A DNA stretch of 63,740 bases, filler included, from Octopus bimaculoides (Eukaryota), in the NCBI RefSeq assembly GCF_001194135.2. It is 5 parts of 4 records of this genome, joined end to end, with 100 filler letters (N's around TTAATTAATTAA, not from the genome) between each part and the next. Parts side by side here need not be neighbours in the genome. Positions count along the whole stretch, not along the records: positions 1 to 31,771 come from NC_068982.1; 4 more parts are not named here. One strand, written 5' to 3'. Below are positions 12,727 to 25,709 of the stretch, piece by piece (position 1 is the first letter of the stretch; each line of letters starts with the position of its first letter). The notes beneath the pieces were generated by a model, which saw nothing but the letters and a program-made list of their open reading frames with translations, did no database searches and had not been told where the DNA came from. The position numbers were made by a program, and so were the translations under genes.

Positions 12727-13693
12727 ATGGACGAAATATTGTTAAGCATTTTGCTTCTTGTGCTAACAATTCTGCCAGCTCACTGCCTTAATGGGAACAA
12801 ATATTGCCAGGAAGTCGAGCAAACATTTTGAAGAATCTACCAATTAGCATTCTAGCTTTGATTAAAAAGGTCTATGACCAAGAGCTTTCCAGCTGTAACC
12901 ATTCTATGTTTTCTTTCTTTTTCAGGCATAATCCAGTTTCTAGGTTTACATTATCAAGGGTGTACATTTTATGAAGCTGGTGTTGAAGAAGATTTGGCTG
13001 CTATTTCGTGCATGTCAAATGACCATGTAAAGACACTCTCATTAGCTGGTTGTTTCATTTTTCTCAACAACTTCATTTTCAATTATTCAAGATGCAAAAA
13101 TATTTTATAATAAATTTAAAGTAAGGCTTAACATTTTCTGAAAGATTTCCAAACTAATATGAAAATTTCAAGAAAAACAAAAGGGAAGAATATAGCCATT
13201 AAAATTGGTGTGGAATGACAAGGAAATAAATCAAAGAAAATCAGTAAAAATAAGGTGTGTATATGTATTGGAACTGCAGAACAAGAGATAAAATCTTGGC
13301 AAACAAACTCTATGATACACAAATTTTTATTCCAGTGTAAGGATTTTTCTTCCATATTGCTAATTTTCTTTAGGGAAAAGCATGCACTTCCAATTAAGAC
13401 TTTCTCATTATCCAGTTCCAGATATAAATTTTCTATCTGTTAATGAAAAATAAATCCCACCTGTGTTTGTAGTTTGGAATGAGTATTGTATTTTAGTGCA
13501 AGATATAAGATGTTAACCAGACTAAAAAAAATGATACAGTTTCACTTATTTAACACATGTCTCCCAACATCATAAGTCTCCTCTGCTACAAAATCATGGT
13601 TTCATGCTGACATAACGCCACTTCCCACCCCCAAAAATAAAAGCAAACAGAAATAAATGATAAGGTAGATTGCCAGAAATAGGTATGGTAAGG

Positions 13694-13918
13694 CGGCGAG
13701 TTGGTAGAAATGCTAGCATGCCGGGCAAAATGCTTAGCAGTAATCTGTCTGCCGTTATGTTCTGAGTTCAAATTCCACCAAGGTTGACTCTGCCTTTCAT
13801 CCTTTCAGGATCGATAAATTAAGTACCAGTTACGCACTGGAGTCAATGTAATCAACTTAATCCCTTTGTCCTTGTTTGTCCCCTCTGTGTTTAGCCCCTT
13901 GTGGGCAATAAAGAAATA
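13694..13918 (+). mobile_element. Full-length tRNA-derived SINE (family C) with a 19-bp target-site duplication
   Basis: A/B-box head (ggcggcgagttggtagaaatgctagc...gagttcaaattcc) and central ctttgcctttcatcctttcggggtcgataaattaagtacc domain (Meta-domain-like, from memory). agaaataggtatggtaagg occurs at 13675-13693 and 13919-13937. Confidence 0.85.
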
Positions 13919-15292
13919 AGAAATAGGTATGGTAAGGATCCTTCCTGTGTTATAAAAGACTCATAAGACTGGTTTCCTGGTTTCTGGGGTGGATACCTTG
14001 CCCACTGGACAGGACACTGGTCCAGTGCATGATAACTCATTTTTGCCAGCTGAGTGGACTGGAGCAATGTGAAATGAAATGCTTTGCTTAAGGGCACAAC
14101 ATGCCACCTGAGCCAGAAACTGAGCTCATATTACATATTCTGATAATGGTTCTCTCATGTAGAAAGACTTTATACAGAAATAACAAATGAGACACTCTGG
14201 CAGAATTGTAAGAACATTGAAAAAGTGATGGTGGTGGTGGTGGTGGTGGGATTTAGTCCATGTTACTCTGTAAGGAGCAAAGGGCTGGTTTCTTAGTTTC
14301 CTGGTTCCCATGGTGTATATATCCCCCACCTGGATGGGATGCTGGTCCATTGCAGGGTAACTCACTTTTACCAGGTGAGTAGATTAGAGCAATGTGAAAT
14401 GAAGTGTTTTGTTCCAAGAATACAACACATTGCCTGCTCCAGGAATCAAAACCACAATCTTATGATCAAGAGTGTGATGCCCCAACCACTAAACCCCATG
14501 CCTCCACATTGCCAGAAATGGTAGGGCATCAAACAATATACTTGTAGTTATTTAGTTAAGTTTGTTTTTTACATTCTGGGTTCAAATCCTGCTGTAGGAT
14601 AACTTTGTATTTCATCCTTCAGAGGTCGGTGAAATTAAGTAGTACTCAAATTTGAGGTCAATAAAATCAATTATATTTCTCCTCCAAATCTGAGGTTTTT
14701 ACTTATGTTAGAAATCAATAGAGACTGGTCAGAGGGACAACAATAACATCAAATTGTTGTAGCTATCTGATGTCTGATTTATGAATTTCTCTATTGCTAC
14801 AGACATTGTATTCTACTTCATTCCTTGGCATAACTCTTCACTCATGATGCCTTGCTAAAATTATCTTCATGCCTAATTAACAAATATTTGCTGTTGCAAA
14901 TAAAAAAAGAGATATGTTACTATTTTGTGAAAATTATCTGAAGGCAGAAAGATGAGAAGTCAAGATGTGGTTTACAAGGTTAATATTTCCTCTGAAGTAT
15001 TGCTGTTTGCAATAATTGTTTGGGAATATATGCGCATGAAATGCAGTCCCTGTGAGAAATATTTGTATATGAAAGAATTCTTCATCTTCGGCTTATTATG
15101 AGCCAATAGTCATGAAATCGCATTTGATAAGGGAAGGGTTGAAGTCAACAACAAGTTTGCATGGTATGGAGAATTCAGAAAATTTATATTAAATGTAGAA
15201 AAGTAGCAAGTTCTTTTGAATAAAACTAAGCTTACTATGAACTTCAGCAGTGAATCAGTTGAATATTGGGAAATTGATGAATGAAGTAGTGC

Positions 15293-15447
15293 ATCATCAT
15301 CATCATCATCATCATCGTTTAACATCCGCTTTCCATGCTAGCATGGGTTGGACGATTTGACTGAGGACTGGTGAACCAGATGGCTACACCAGGCTCCAAT
15401 CTGATTTGGCAGAGTTTCTACAGCTGGATGCCCTTCCTAATGCCAAC
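15293..15447 (-). mobile_element. RTE 3' UTR-derived repeat copy
   Basis: (CAT)n followed by cgtttaacatccgctttccatgctagcatggg... Confidence 0.8.
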
Positions 15448-16374
15448 ATTTAACTATAAATTGATGTAGTCTGCCTAATCAAAAATAGGTGCTGAGATAG
15501 GAACAACATGCTGCCACTTTTAGTGGCAATTGGAATGGAAAACTGACAATTAATTCCTTAATGTGTGGTTGTGATTTCAATTGTTTCTGTGGATACAACT
15601 TGGGAAGGAATGATTTCCCTCACTGCACACACTTGCTTTATGCGGACTGCATAGAAGCACATTTTTCTGAGGTGTTGTCAAAAGTGTGTTTGTTGACTGA
15701 GTCACTATATTCTCAAAGAATATCTACCATCTGTCTTAACCATCTTCCTGAGTCATCTGGACAAGAATGGAGACACATTGCACAACTGTCTCAACATTCT
15801 GCCTTGTAAGAAGTGAGGAGTGTGAATGAGTTGGCTGCTCTCAATACTCTACAAAAACTTTAGGCACCAAAAGCGGCTTTTCATAGGGCACAGGGAGAAG
15901 ATTTTAGAAGACTGAATTATGTGAGGGTTTGGCACTGATTGGTTGCTTAAAAGACCGATCATGTGAAACCATTGTGGTTTGGTCGTGATGTACAACTGGT
16001 TAACTAGCAGTTCAGTTTTGAATAACTGTTATAGTGTCGTTATGTGCTCATACATTATGATAGATGTCACAAATTGCTAATACTATTGAAACAGTCAGAA
16101 TATCAATCACATAATTACAATTCTCCCCTCTGAAGCCTGATGCCAATGTAAAGTGCCAATCAGTTTAATGTCATATCTTTCATCTGTTATGTATTAAATA
16201 TTTAGCTTTCTATTATATAGATTTACATAAGCTTGGAGAAAAAGACAACTTGTGCAAAAGTTACCAAACACTGTACATGACAGTGGATACGGTTGACTGA
16301 GTTGTCCAAGTGTTGACTTGCAGTTCCAAAGTGTCGTAGATATTTTGCACGATGTTGTCAATACTACTCTGTAC

Positions 16375-16763
16375 TTGTCGTTGTTGGCACTCCGTCGCTT
16401 ACGACGTCGAGGGTTCCAGTTGATCCGATCAACGAAACAGCCTGCTCGTGAAATTAACGTGTAAGTGGCTGAGCACTCCACAGACACATGTACCCTTAAC
16501 GTAATTCTCGGGGAGATTCAGCATGACACAGTGTGACAAGGCTGACCCTTTGAATTACAGGCACAACAGAAACAGGAAGTAAGAGTGAGAGAAAGTTGTG
16601 GTGAAAGAGTTCAGCAGGGTTCACCACCATCCCCTGCCGGAGCCTCGTGGAGCTTTAGGTGTTTTCACTCAATAAACACTCACAACGCCCAGTCTGGGAA
16701 TTGAAACCGTGATCCTATGACCGTGAGTCCGCTGCCCTAACCACTGGGCCATTGCGCCTCCAC
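16375..16763 (-). mobile_element. tRNA-derived SINE (family D)
   Basis: Head gtggaggcgcaatggcccagtggttagggcagcggactc (also at 62569-62637). The 3' part is shared with 19718-20038, 4010-4172 and 62190-62265. Confidence 0.75.
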
Positions 16764-17139
16764 TGCTCTGTACTATTAAGTAATAAAAACACTTCATTTT
16801 ATATCACTTAAGTTATAAAACAAAGGGCTACACTCATGGGTCTTTCCACAACCCTTCAGTCTAGTGAGAAGAAGCCAAGAAGTTATTCCCAGGCTAGGGA
16901 TCTGATCCTGAATACTTGTGAGAGAATAGACTCTACTAAAGTTACCCTTGGACATCTTCCTGGTCTTAGTCCATTGAGCAGTTACCATGGGAAAGTTTAT
17001 GTGTTTAGTTTATGTGTTTAGCTTATTACTACTGGCAATATTGACTTTGTATAACTAACAAGCATTTTCTTAACTTCTTTTATCTTCCACTTGTTTCAGT
17101 CATTAGATTATGGCCATGCTGGAACACTGCCTTGAAGGT

Positions 17140-17822
17140 TAAGAAGCTTGCTTCCCAACCACATGGTTCTGAGTTCAGTCCCACTGCTTGACATCTTGGG
17201 CAAGTGTCTTCTATGATATTATAGCTTGGGCTGACCAAAGCCTTGCGAGTGGATTGGGTAGATGGAAATTGAAAGAAGCCTGTTGTATATATATATATAT
17301 ATGTGTGTGTGTGTATGCGTCTGTGTTTGTCCCCTGACCATCGCTTGACAACCGATGTTGGTGTGTTTACATCCCTGTAACTTAGTGGTTCAGCGATAGA
17401 GACCAGTAAAATAAATACTAGGCTTACAAAGAATAAGCCATGGGGTCACTTTGTTCGACTAAAGGCTGTGCTCCAGCATGGCCGCAATCAAATGACTGAA
17501 ACAAGTAAAAAAAAAAAAGAAAAAAAGAAAGTAGGAATAGACCTTTGAAGTTATTCTAGCAGTCTTCCTTGCTGAACTGCTAAGTTGCAGGGATGTAAAC
17601 ACATGAGTTGTTCAGTGGTGGTGGGGGTGACACATAGACACACACACACACATGATGGGATTCTTTTAGTTTCCATCTACCAAATCCACCCAAAAGATTT
17701 GTGTCAGCTTGAGGCTATAGTATAAGACATTGCCCAAGGTGCCATGCAGTGGGACTGAACCCAGAACTTAGAAGCATGTGGTTGGGAAGTAAGCTACTTA
17801 CCACACAGCCACGCCTGCGTCT
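17140..17822. mobile_element. Convergent inverted pair of family B SINEs (+ 17140-17510, - 17540-17822)
   Basis: Family match in opposite orientations, ~30-50 bp apart. Confidence 0.75.
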
Positions 17823-18674
17823 AGCTCTCAATTTTGAGTTTAAATCTCATTGTAGATCTTTATTATAGATTGGAATTCTTGACTGATTAATCTCTGTGGA
17901 AGCCAAGATACTCTCCAGCATGCTGTGCCTACTAAACATGAAGGATCTTAGAATTAGGCAACATACATGTTAGTTTGAAATGAATGAACTTGTTTGACAT
18001 TTAAGTTTAATCAATTCGCTGGAACAAGAAAGAAATTAACTAAGATTCTTTATGACAAATAAACTTGCAAGACATGTTCTGTGTTGACATCTTATCTATG
18101 TGAACCAGTATGAAATAATTAGGTTTTAATAATTCACAGCTATTCCCAACAAATGCAATGTTGCTTCCTCTCATCAGGTTTAAATCTACTCGTTACTTAT
18201 GACAATAGTCTATTGTGCTAAACATTAATTCAATATAGAATGTCATCTGACAAATCCTGCAAATTATATGAGTGTTACAATTTCTCAAAGGAACAAGTTG
18301 GTGACAAAGCTGGCAACATTAATAAATAACAAGGTAATCAATGAAAGTTATTGAGAGATTCTCTCCTCATTAATTATTTCTGATTATTTCTATTTGTATT
18401 TATGACATCTTCAGCTTTCATGGTTAATTATAACAAAACATCAAGTTTATTTTCATGTAGAGAAGGCCTATAAACTTCTTCATGATGTTGGCAGAATTTC
18501 TAAACTAGTTTGGCAATAATTACACTTGGAAATGATCTCAAAGAAACATACGCTACGATATTTTATCTATCAAACCCTATCATTGGTAGTTTTTATGTGA
18601 CTTTGCTATCGATGATTATGTTATTATTATATTGATGGAATTATTCAATTTTGCATAACTTTTATATATAGCTC

Positions 18675-19195
18675 ATCATCATCATTATTATTATTTAACA
18701 TCCATTGTCCATGCTGGCATGGGTTGGACGGTTTGACTGGGCTGGCACACTGGAAGGCTGCACCAGGCTCCAGTCTGATTTAGCATGGTTTTCTATGGCT
18801 GGATGCCCTTCCTAATGCCAACCACTTCAAGAGTGTAATGGGTACTTTTGCATGCCAATATATATATATATAAACATATATATAGGAGGGATGACCACTA
18901 TATATATATATATATAAATGTCAGTGCTGCCTGACTGGCACCTGTGCTGGTAGTACATAAAAAGCACCATTCAAGCATGGTCGATGCCAGTGCCACCTGA
19001 CTGGCTCCCGTGCTGGTGGCATGCAAGAAACACCCACTACACCCTCAGAATGGTTGGTGTTAGGAAAGGCATCCAGTCGTAGAAACCTTGCCAAACCAGA
19101 TTGGAGCCTGCTGCAGCCTCCCAGCCTACCAGTCCTCAGTCAAACCGTTCAACCCATGCCAGCATGGAAAGCGGACGTTAAACGACAATAATAAT
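18675..19195. mobile_element. Two divergently oriented RTE 3' UTR-derived copies (- 18675-18860, + 18920-19195)
   Basis: Both match the family; they are separated by a TA-rich spacer. Confidence 0.75.
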
Positions 19196-19199
19196 GACG

Positions 19200-19612
19200 T
19201 TAGGTGCCGGAATGGCTGCGTGGTAAGTAGTTTGCTTCTCAACCACATGGTTCCGTGTTCAGTCCCACTGCATGACACCTTGGGCAAGTGTCTCCTACAA
19301 CCGTCTCAGGCCGACCAAAGCCTTGTGAGTGGATTTGGTAGACAGAAACTGAAAGAAGCCCGTCGCGCATATATATATATATATATATATAGATAAATAT
19401 ATGTGTGTGTGTGTGTGTGTGTGTTTGTCCCCTGACCATCACTTGACAACTGATGCTGATATATTTATGTCTCCGTAACTTAGCAGTTCAGCAAAATAAA
19501 TTGATAGAATAAGTACTAAGCTTACAAAGAATAAGTCCTGGAATCGATTTGTTTGACTAAAGGTGGTGCTCCAGCATGGCCACAGTCAAATGACTGAAAC
19601 AAGTAAAACAAT
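19200..19612 (+). mobile_element. Family B SINE
   Basis: Full head-to-tail match to 57526-57925. Confidence 0.8.
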
Positions 19613-19635
19613 AATAGAATATATATAATGTTTAA

Positions 19636-19717
<82 letters not shown>

Positions 19718-19720
<3 letters not shown>

Positions 19721-20038
19721 AGCTGCATGGCTTAGTGGTTAGGGTAAGCACCTCATAATCATAAAGTTGTCAGTTCAATTCTTGGTGGTGCATTGTGTCC
19801 TTGAGCAAGACACTTTATTTCACATTGCTCCAGTCCACTCAGCTGGCAGAAATGAGTTGCACCTGTAATTCAAGGGGCCAACCTTGTCACATTCTGTATC
19901 AAACTGAATCTCTCTGAGAATATTAATGGTACGCGTGTCTGTGGAGTAATCACCCACTTGCACATTAATTTCACAAGCAGGTTGTTTCATTGATTGGATC
20001 AACTCGAACCCTCGTCATTGTAACCGACGGAGTATCAG
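19718..20038 (+). mobile_element. tRNA-derived SINE with tgtgtccttgagcaagacacttt central domain, sharing the family D tail
   Basis: A/B-box head; related copies at 27845-28145, 28170-28470 and (minus strand) 13965-14130 and 14275-14510. Confidence 0.7.
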
Positions 20039-20229
20039 TCATATATAATAATGTTAAGCGTTTATTGTTGATTGTTTTGAGAGATTTGGTTACTGAGTTT
20101 GTTTGGTTTCGATAAAAATATAGGAAGTGTCTTTCTGATTTCTATTCGTATAGGTTTTGGTATTATTTCTAATGTTCTTGAATTCAAAATGAATTGAAAA
20201 ATATTTCAGTGAAGTCTTAAAGAATAGGA

Positions 20230-20527
20230 GGCGTAGGAGTGGCTGTGTGGTAAGTAACTTGCTTATGAACCACATGGTTCCGGGTTCACTCCCACTGCTT
20301 GGCACCTTGGGCAAGTGTCTTCTACTATAGCCTCATCAGGCCAACCAAAGCCTTGTGAGTGGATTTGGTAGACGGAAACAGTTTCTGTCTACCAAATCCA
20401 CTCACAAGGCTTTGGTCGGCCCGAGGCTATAGTAGAAGACATTTGCCCAAGGTGCTATGCAGTGGGACTGAACCCAGAACCATGTGGTTGGTAAGCAAGC
20501 TACTTACCACACAGCCACTCCTGCGCC
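20230..20527. repeat. Palindrome made of two family B SINE 5' halves
   Basis: 20230-20379 (+) and 20381-20527 (-), separated by one base. Confidence 0.9.
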
Positions 20528-21630
20528 TATATATTCTATATATTTTTAGAATGACATTGTAGAGTAGGTGTGAGAGATGGGATCCAGCTGCTTTGATTGT
20601 AAAACAGGCAGAATATTTAGGCTGGATATGACTGGATTAACTGGTAAATGATTAATTCAAATCTGTTACAAACATTTGACTATCTGAACAGGGTACTTAA
20701 TCTACTCAAGAATTGGAAATAGGAACCAGATCTTTAAAGAATTTTGTCTATGATTAACTGGCATCCTATGTGGGAAGGAAAAGGCTTTCCCTGATTCACT
20801 TGGCACCATAAAATCTGGAGTTAAGCAACAGTTCTTTTAAGTATTGGGCCTCAAAAACATAATGTGATGATGAGCTTGTAATAAATGATTTTCATATGTG
20901 CTGGGGCTTTGAAGACATAATGGATCTACTCAACCTGGTTGGATTTCTTTCTGTGGATATGTTCCATAAAAACAAAAATATCAGCATGGTTCAGACAACC
21001 CAATGAATTCCAGAATATTACAAATAATTGAGAAAGAAATTAATGATATTGTATCGTTAATGTGATGGGAAGAGTTCTCAGTAAAGAATTGGCATATTTT
21101 ACCATTTTATCTTTGTCGTTTTTTTTCCTTTCAAACCTTACAAACAGAATAGCGTGGCTGTGGAGATTACAAATCAACAAGACCAAATCTTGAGAATGAT
21201 GGAATATTTTCTGACATGTTGATGGTGATGATGGTGATAATGATGGTTCAGTAAAACAACACAAAAAAGAAAAACAAAATAGATGCAAACATCCTTTTTC
21301 GAAAGGTTCTAGTTATGAAAGGCTTTCAGTTAAAAAAGTTCTTGCTCAAACAATTTCTACACCAGTATTGAACCAGCTAAAACATGCTAACATTAATGCT
21401 CACACAAACATACATACATGCATAAACACATACACACACATACATATATGGTGTTCAAGATAATATAAACCAAAATTTTAACACATACACCAATAATTAG
21501 AGTGCATAATATATAAGATACATGCAGCTTATCCATTAATGATACATTGCTAGTTTCACAGCTATTATATAATGCTGAAAAACTGACAGTATGCCATAAT
21601 TAATTAAATTGTTTGTGTATTTTCCTCCTG

Positions 21631-21666
<36 letters not shown>

Positions 21667-21689
21667 TTGTGTAAAACCTTCATTTAACT

Positions 21690-22260
21690 AAGGTATCTTC
21701 ACCCTGATCAGTAGCTATTGGAGTACTCCTTATTGAGGAATTATCACTTCCGAGGTTCTGGTTGCTAGGAAACAAGAGCATTTCCACTATATGATGATAT
21801 CTGATATCTGCGGGATTACTCGTAGCAAATGTGAGTGTTTGGGAAAGAATGCGAGTTCTCAATTGTCTATATAAATTCGAAAGTACTGGCTTTTGGATAT
21901 AAGCTATTCGATGGTGCTTGGTCGAATACATATCTTAATTATTAGCATTATAATTGAAATACTATACTGAAGATGGAAATAAGTGAGTAAGAAAGATATT
22001 TTACGTCTCTTTAATCAGGAATGCATATATAGTTAATCAAAGCTGGGTGGAATCGTTATTTTTTCTCTTTGCCTGCGTGAGTTTGGAGTATTGTTGTCTA
22101 GGAGATACCTTATGGTAGTGGAATAGTATTTAACTGATATTTCTAAATTTCGGTATGTGGTGAAGCAATTTTGCTGAACCTTAATTATAATTATGCTTGT
22201 AATTATAAAATTTTTGTATAAGTTTACTGATAATGGTTCTTTTAACATGCCGAACTACTT
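21690..22260 (-). mobile_element. Degraded Penelope-like element (RT-to-GIY-YIG linker region)
   Basis: NSRRQREKITIPPSF resembles the PLE RxRxIIWFNPPF motif; the downstream IKICIRPSTIE*LIS resembles VKISYSCxPNxxxIIS. Confidence 0.45.
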
Positions 22261-22314
22261 GGTAAAATTATTTATTATTAATTTTACCCTATATTATTAT
22301 TGATTATATATATA

Positions 22315-22720
22315 TCATCATCATCATCGTTTAACATCCGCTTTCCATGCTAGCATGGGTTGACGATTTTACTGAGGACTGGTGAACCAGATGGCTACAC
22401 CAGGCTCCTGTCTTATTTGGCAGAGTTTCTACAGCTGGATGCCCTTCCTAATGCCAACCACTCCGAGAGTGTAGTGGGTGCTTTTACGTGCCACCGGCAC
22501 GAAGGCCAGTCAGGCGGTACTGGCAACGGCCACGCTCAAAATGGTGTATTTTACGTGCCACCTGCACAGGAGCTAGTCAAGTAGCACTGGCAACGATCCC
22601 GCTCAAATGTCTTTTTATGTGCCACCGGCACAAGTGCCAGGAAGGCAACACTAGTAACGATCACGCTCAAATGGTGCTATTTACATGTCACTGGCACGGA
22701 AGTCAGACAGTTGCTCTGGC
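22315..22720 (-). mobile_element. RTE 3' UTR-derived copy with about four internal units, CpG-rich (likely young)
   Basis: (CAT)n tail plus repeated gtgccaccggcac...ggcaacg units. Confidence 0.8.
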
Positions 22721-22907
22721 AGTAGTTTAAAGGGGAGCAACACTGTCACATTGATTGTGCCTGAGTAACACATAAAGAGTAAAAGTATCTGTGGTTGGAA
22801 TACACAGCCATTGGTATTCAATGAGCAGATTACTTTTTTAAATCATACAACTGGAATTATTAATTTATTCAATGTTGAAACCATAGAGAGTCCTTCACTC
22901 TATATAT

Positions 22908-22947
<40 letters not shown>

Positions 22948-22955
22948 ATATATAT

Positions 22956-22989
<34 letters not shown>

Positions 22990-23040
22990 AGTCTTTCTTA
23001 GACAACAGAATATAGTTTCACTGGCCAGGCGAGTGAACAT

Positions 23041-23072
<32 letters not shown>

Positions 23073-23639
23073 CATACATATACCTATATCTATATTTATC
23101 TATATATATGTGTGTGTGTATTTCTGTATACCTGTGCATGCAGGTGTGTTTTATTTTACTTTCAACTCACTGAATTCCGGTGGTATATGTAGTTTTTGGA
23201 ATTGTCTAACTATTAAATCTGATGGGATTTGTCCATTTTAGAAACAAATTGATTGACATATATGTATCTATATATCAATCAGTTTTGATTCTATAACAGC
23301 AAGAGATACAAAAACAAAAAAACACTTTAAGCAGGCTGATATGATACGAAGGGGTTTTAAACAAATAATGGTTATCATAAAGCCATTAGAACAATAAAAT
23401 AGTGTGTCTTGTGAAGTATAGATGTTGTCATGTGAAAGAATCATTGTTATTGTTTAGCCCCAGGTCAGCTTTGAGCAGATTTGTGATCAAACATATTCAA
23501 CTAATGTATCCAGAAATAGCATATCCTGGATCATTATCCATTGTACACTTCCTTCTTGTAAAGGTGGTAAGCGTAGTGGTTAGAGTGTAGCTCACATGAA
23601 TTTAAGATTTCTCTCTTTAGGTGCCATGTACAAAATGTA

Positions 23640-23855
23640 GGACTTATTCAATCATGCTCTGTCACAATTCTCTGTTCTTTGTTTTCTGTAACTGTTCCAC
23701 TTCCTGGTCTTTAATTCCTCCATTTTGACCAACCAGTTCTTCAAGCTTGAAATCCATATCATCCTTCTCCTTCCCCAGCTTCTTTTTCCTTTCAGCCTTT
23801 CTGTTCATTGCTAAACTCACCTGACCCTCTTTCCTTATCACGTGACCAAGAAATC
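23640..23855 (-). mobile_element. Degraded RTE-type LINE 3' fragment
   Basis: LRFLGHVIRKEG...RKAERKKKLGK motif in the ORF at 23662-23925. Confidence 0.6.
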
Positions 23856-24654
23856 TCAAAATCGCTAGCACATCAGTCAAAATGCTTAGCAACATTTCAT
23901 TCAACTCTTTACATTCTGAGTTCAAATTCTGCAGCGACTGACTTTGCCTTTCAATCCATTCAGGTGTTGATTAAAATAAGTACCAGTTTGTAGGATCATG
24001 GTTTCAATTCCTGGACCAAGTAGTGCTTTGTTTTCTTGAGTAAAAACACTTAATTTCACGTTACTCCAGTCTGCTCAATTGGGAAGTTAACCCTGTGATG
24101 GACTAGTGTCCAATCCAGGAGTACAGAGTCTTGTAATCTCAGTCACTTATATGTCATAAAATCCAGGCCAAACTCTGAACTTATGAGTCCTAGGGGTTCA
24201 TGACACACCCAAAGATATTCAGATGCTGTTGTGAGCAAGTTGAGCATCTGCAATGTTGCTCCTTTGTTGGTTCATATTGCTGTTGTCATTTAGTTCACCC
24301 TTCATTGAACAAGCCTATGATTATATAGATTTCAGTCATACCCATCCAATCATCTAAGGCTACATTATTGATAGGTATTCAATTGCTATTTCTAACAGGC
24401 TGAACAACCACCTAGGGGCATCCTCATGTTGTTGATTATTGTTTAACCCCAGGCTAGCCCTGATCAAACAGATCTATGTTTAATGATGTTCCAGCCTTGA
24501 TCATCCTCTTTTGCCCTTTATTTGGACTGTGTGGAAAAATTTTGCTTCCCAAACACATGGCTTCAGTTTTCAGTCCTGGGCAAGTGTCTTCCACTATAGT
24601 CCTGCGATGCTCAAACATTTACGAGTAGGTTTGGTAGATAGAAACTGTAAGAAG

Positions 24655-25103
24655 GCGATCTGGCAGAAATGTTAGCACGCCGGGCGAAATGCATAGCAGT
24701 ATTTTGTCTGCTGTTACGTTCTGAGTTCAAATTCCACCAATGTTGACTTTGCCTTTCATTCTTTCGAGGTCAATAAATTAAGTACCAGTTATGCACTGGA
24801 ATCGATGTAATCGACTTAATCCCTTTGTCTGTCCTTGTTTGTCCCCTCTATGTTTAGCCCCTTGTGGGCAATAAAGAAATAAGAAATGTTAGCATGCCAG
24901 ATGAAATGCTTAGTGGTATTTCGTCTGTCTTAACATTCTGAGTTCAAATTCCACCGACGTCGACTTTGCCTTTCATCCTTTTGGGGTCGATAAATTAAGT
25001 ACCAGTTACGCACTGGAGTCGATGTAATATCGACTTAATCCCTTTGTCTGTCCTTGTCTGTCCCCTCTGTGGGTAGCCCCTTGTGGGCAATAAAGAAATA
25101 AGA
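24655..25103 (+). mobile_element. Two tandem SINE family C copies
   Basis: Head-to-tail duplication, both ending ccccttgtgggcaataaagaaataagaa. Confidence 0.8.
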
Positions 25104-25135
25104 AGCTGGAAGAAGGCTTCCATATCTGTATGGCA

Positions 25136-25175
<40 letters not shown>

Positions 25176-25709
25176 ATGCACGCATGTGTGTTTGTGTGTG
25201 ACAGTACAGTGAGTACTATGTGGGGGTATGTATGGTGTTTAGAACGTTGTGCTTTTTTTTCTTAGAAATAAAGTATTTAATAATAATGCATCAAATTTTA
25301 AACACATCTTCAAAAACAAACAAACAAAACAAAAAAACTTTGTTGGGATTAAACTATGAATAAGGCTTGTATTGTCATTGAGCAGAAAACTTGGTTAATG
25401 ATGCAGCAAGATCTAATATAATTTCATTAATTAAGTCATTAATCTGGCAAGCCGACAAAATCGTTAACACATCAGTCAAAATGTTTAGCAACATTTCGTT
25501 CAACTCTTTACATTCCGAGTTCCAATTCTGCAGTGATTGACTTTGCCTTTCATCTATTCAGGTGTTGATAAAATGAGTACCAGTAAAGTATTGGGGTCGA
25601 TGAGATTGACATACACCTCCCCTCAGAATTTCTGACCTTGTGCCAAAAATTAGAAAGAAAGAATTGTATAAATCCTCACCTTCTTTAGTAATTTCTAGAA
25701 ACACTAGAC

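Larger units (their letters stand above)
12195..12800 (-). mobile_element. SINE family C copy split by the hammerhead element
   Basis: The sequence breaks at aagatggacgaa and resumes at atggacgaaatattgttaagcatt. Confidence 0.75.

Noticed and set aside
12926-13026. Apparent coding exon (IIQFLGLHYQGCTFYEAGVEEDLAAISCMSNDH) with good splice sites
   Set aside because: The sequence (gatttggctgctatttc...gaccatgta) is a copy of dispersed repeat family E, also seen near 1680, 33640, 41330 and 58160.
18389-18520. Open frame HQVYFHVEKAYKLLHDVGRISKLVWQ, faintly like the Sen54 AYQLL/QVFSHL region
   Set aside because: The motifs are in the wrong order, and the frame ends in a stop with no donor site.
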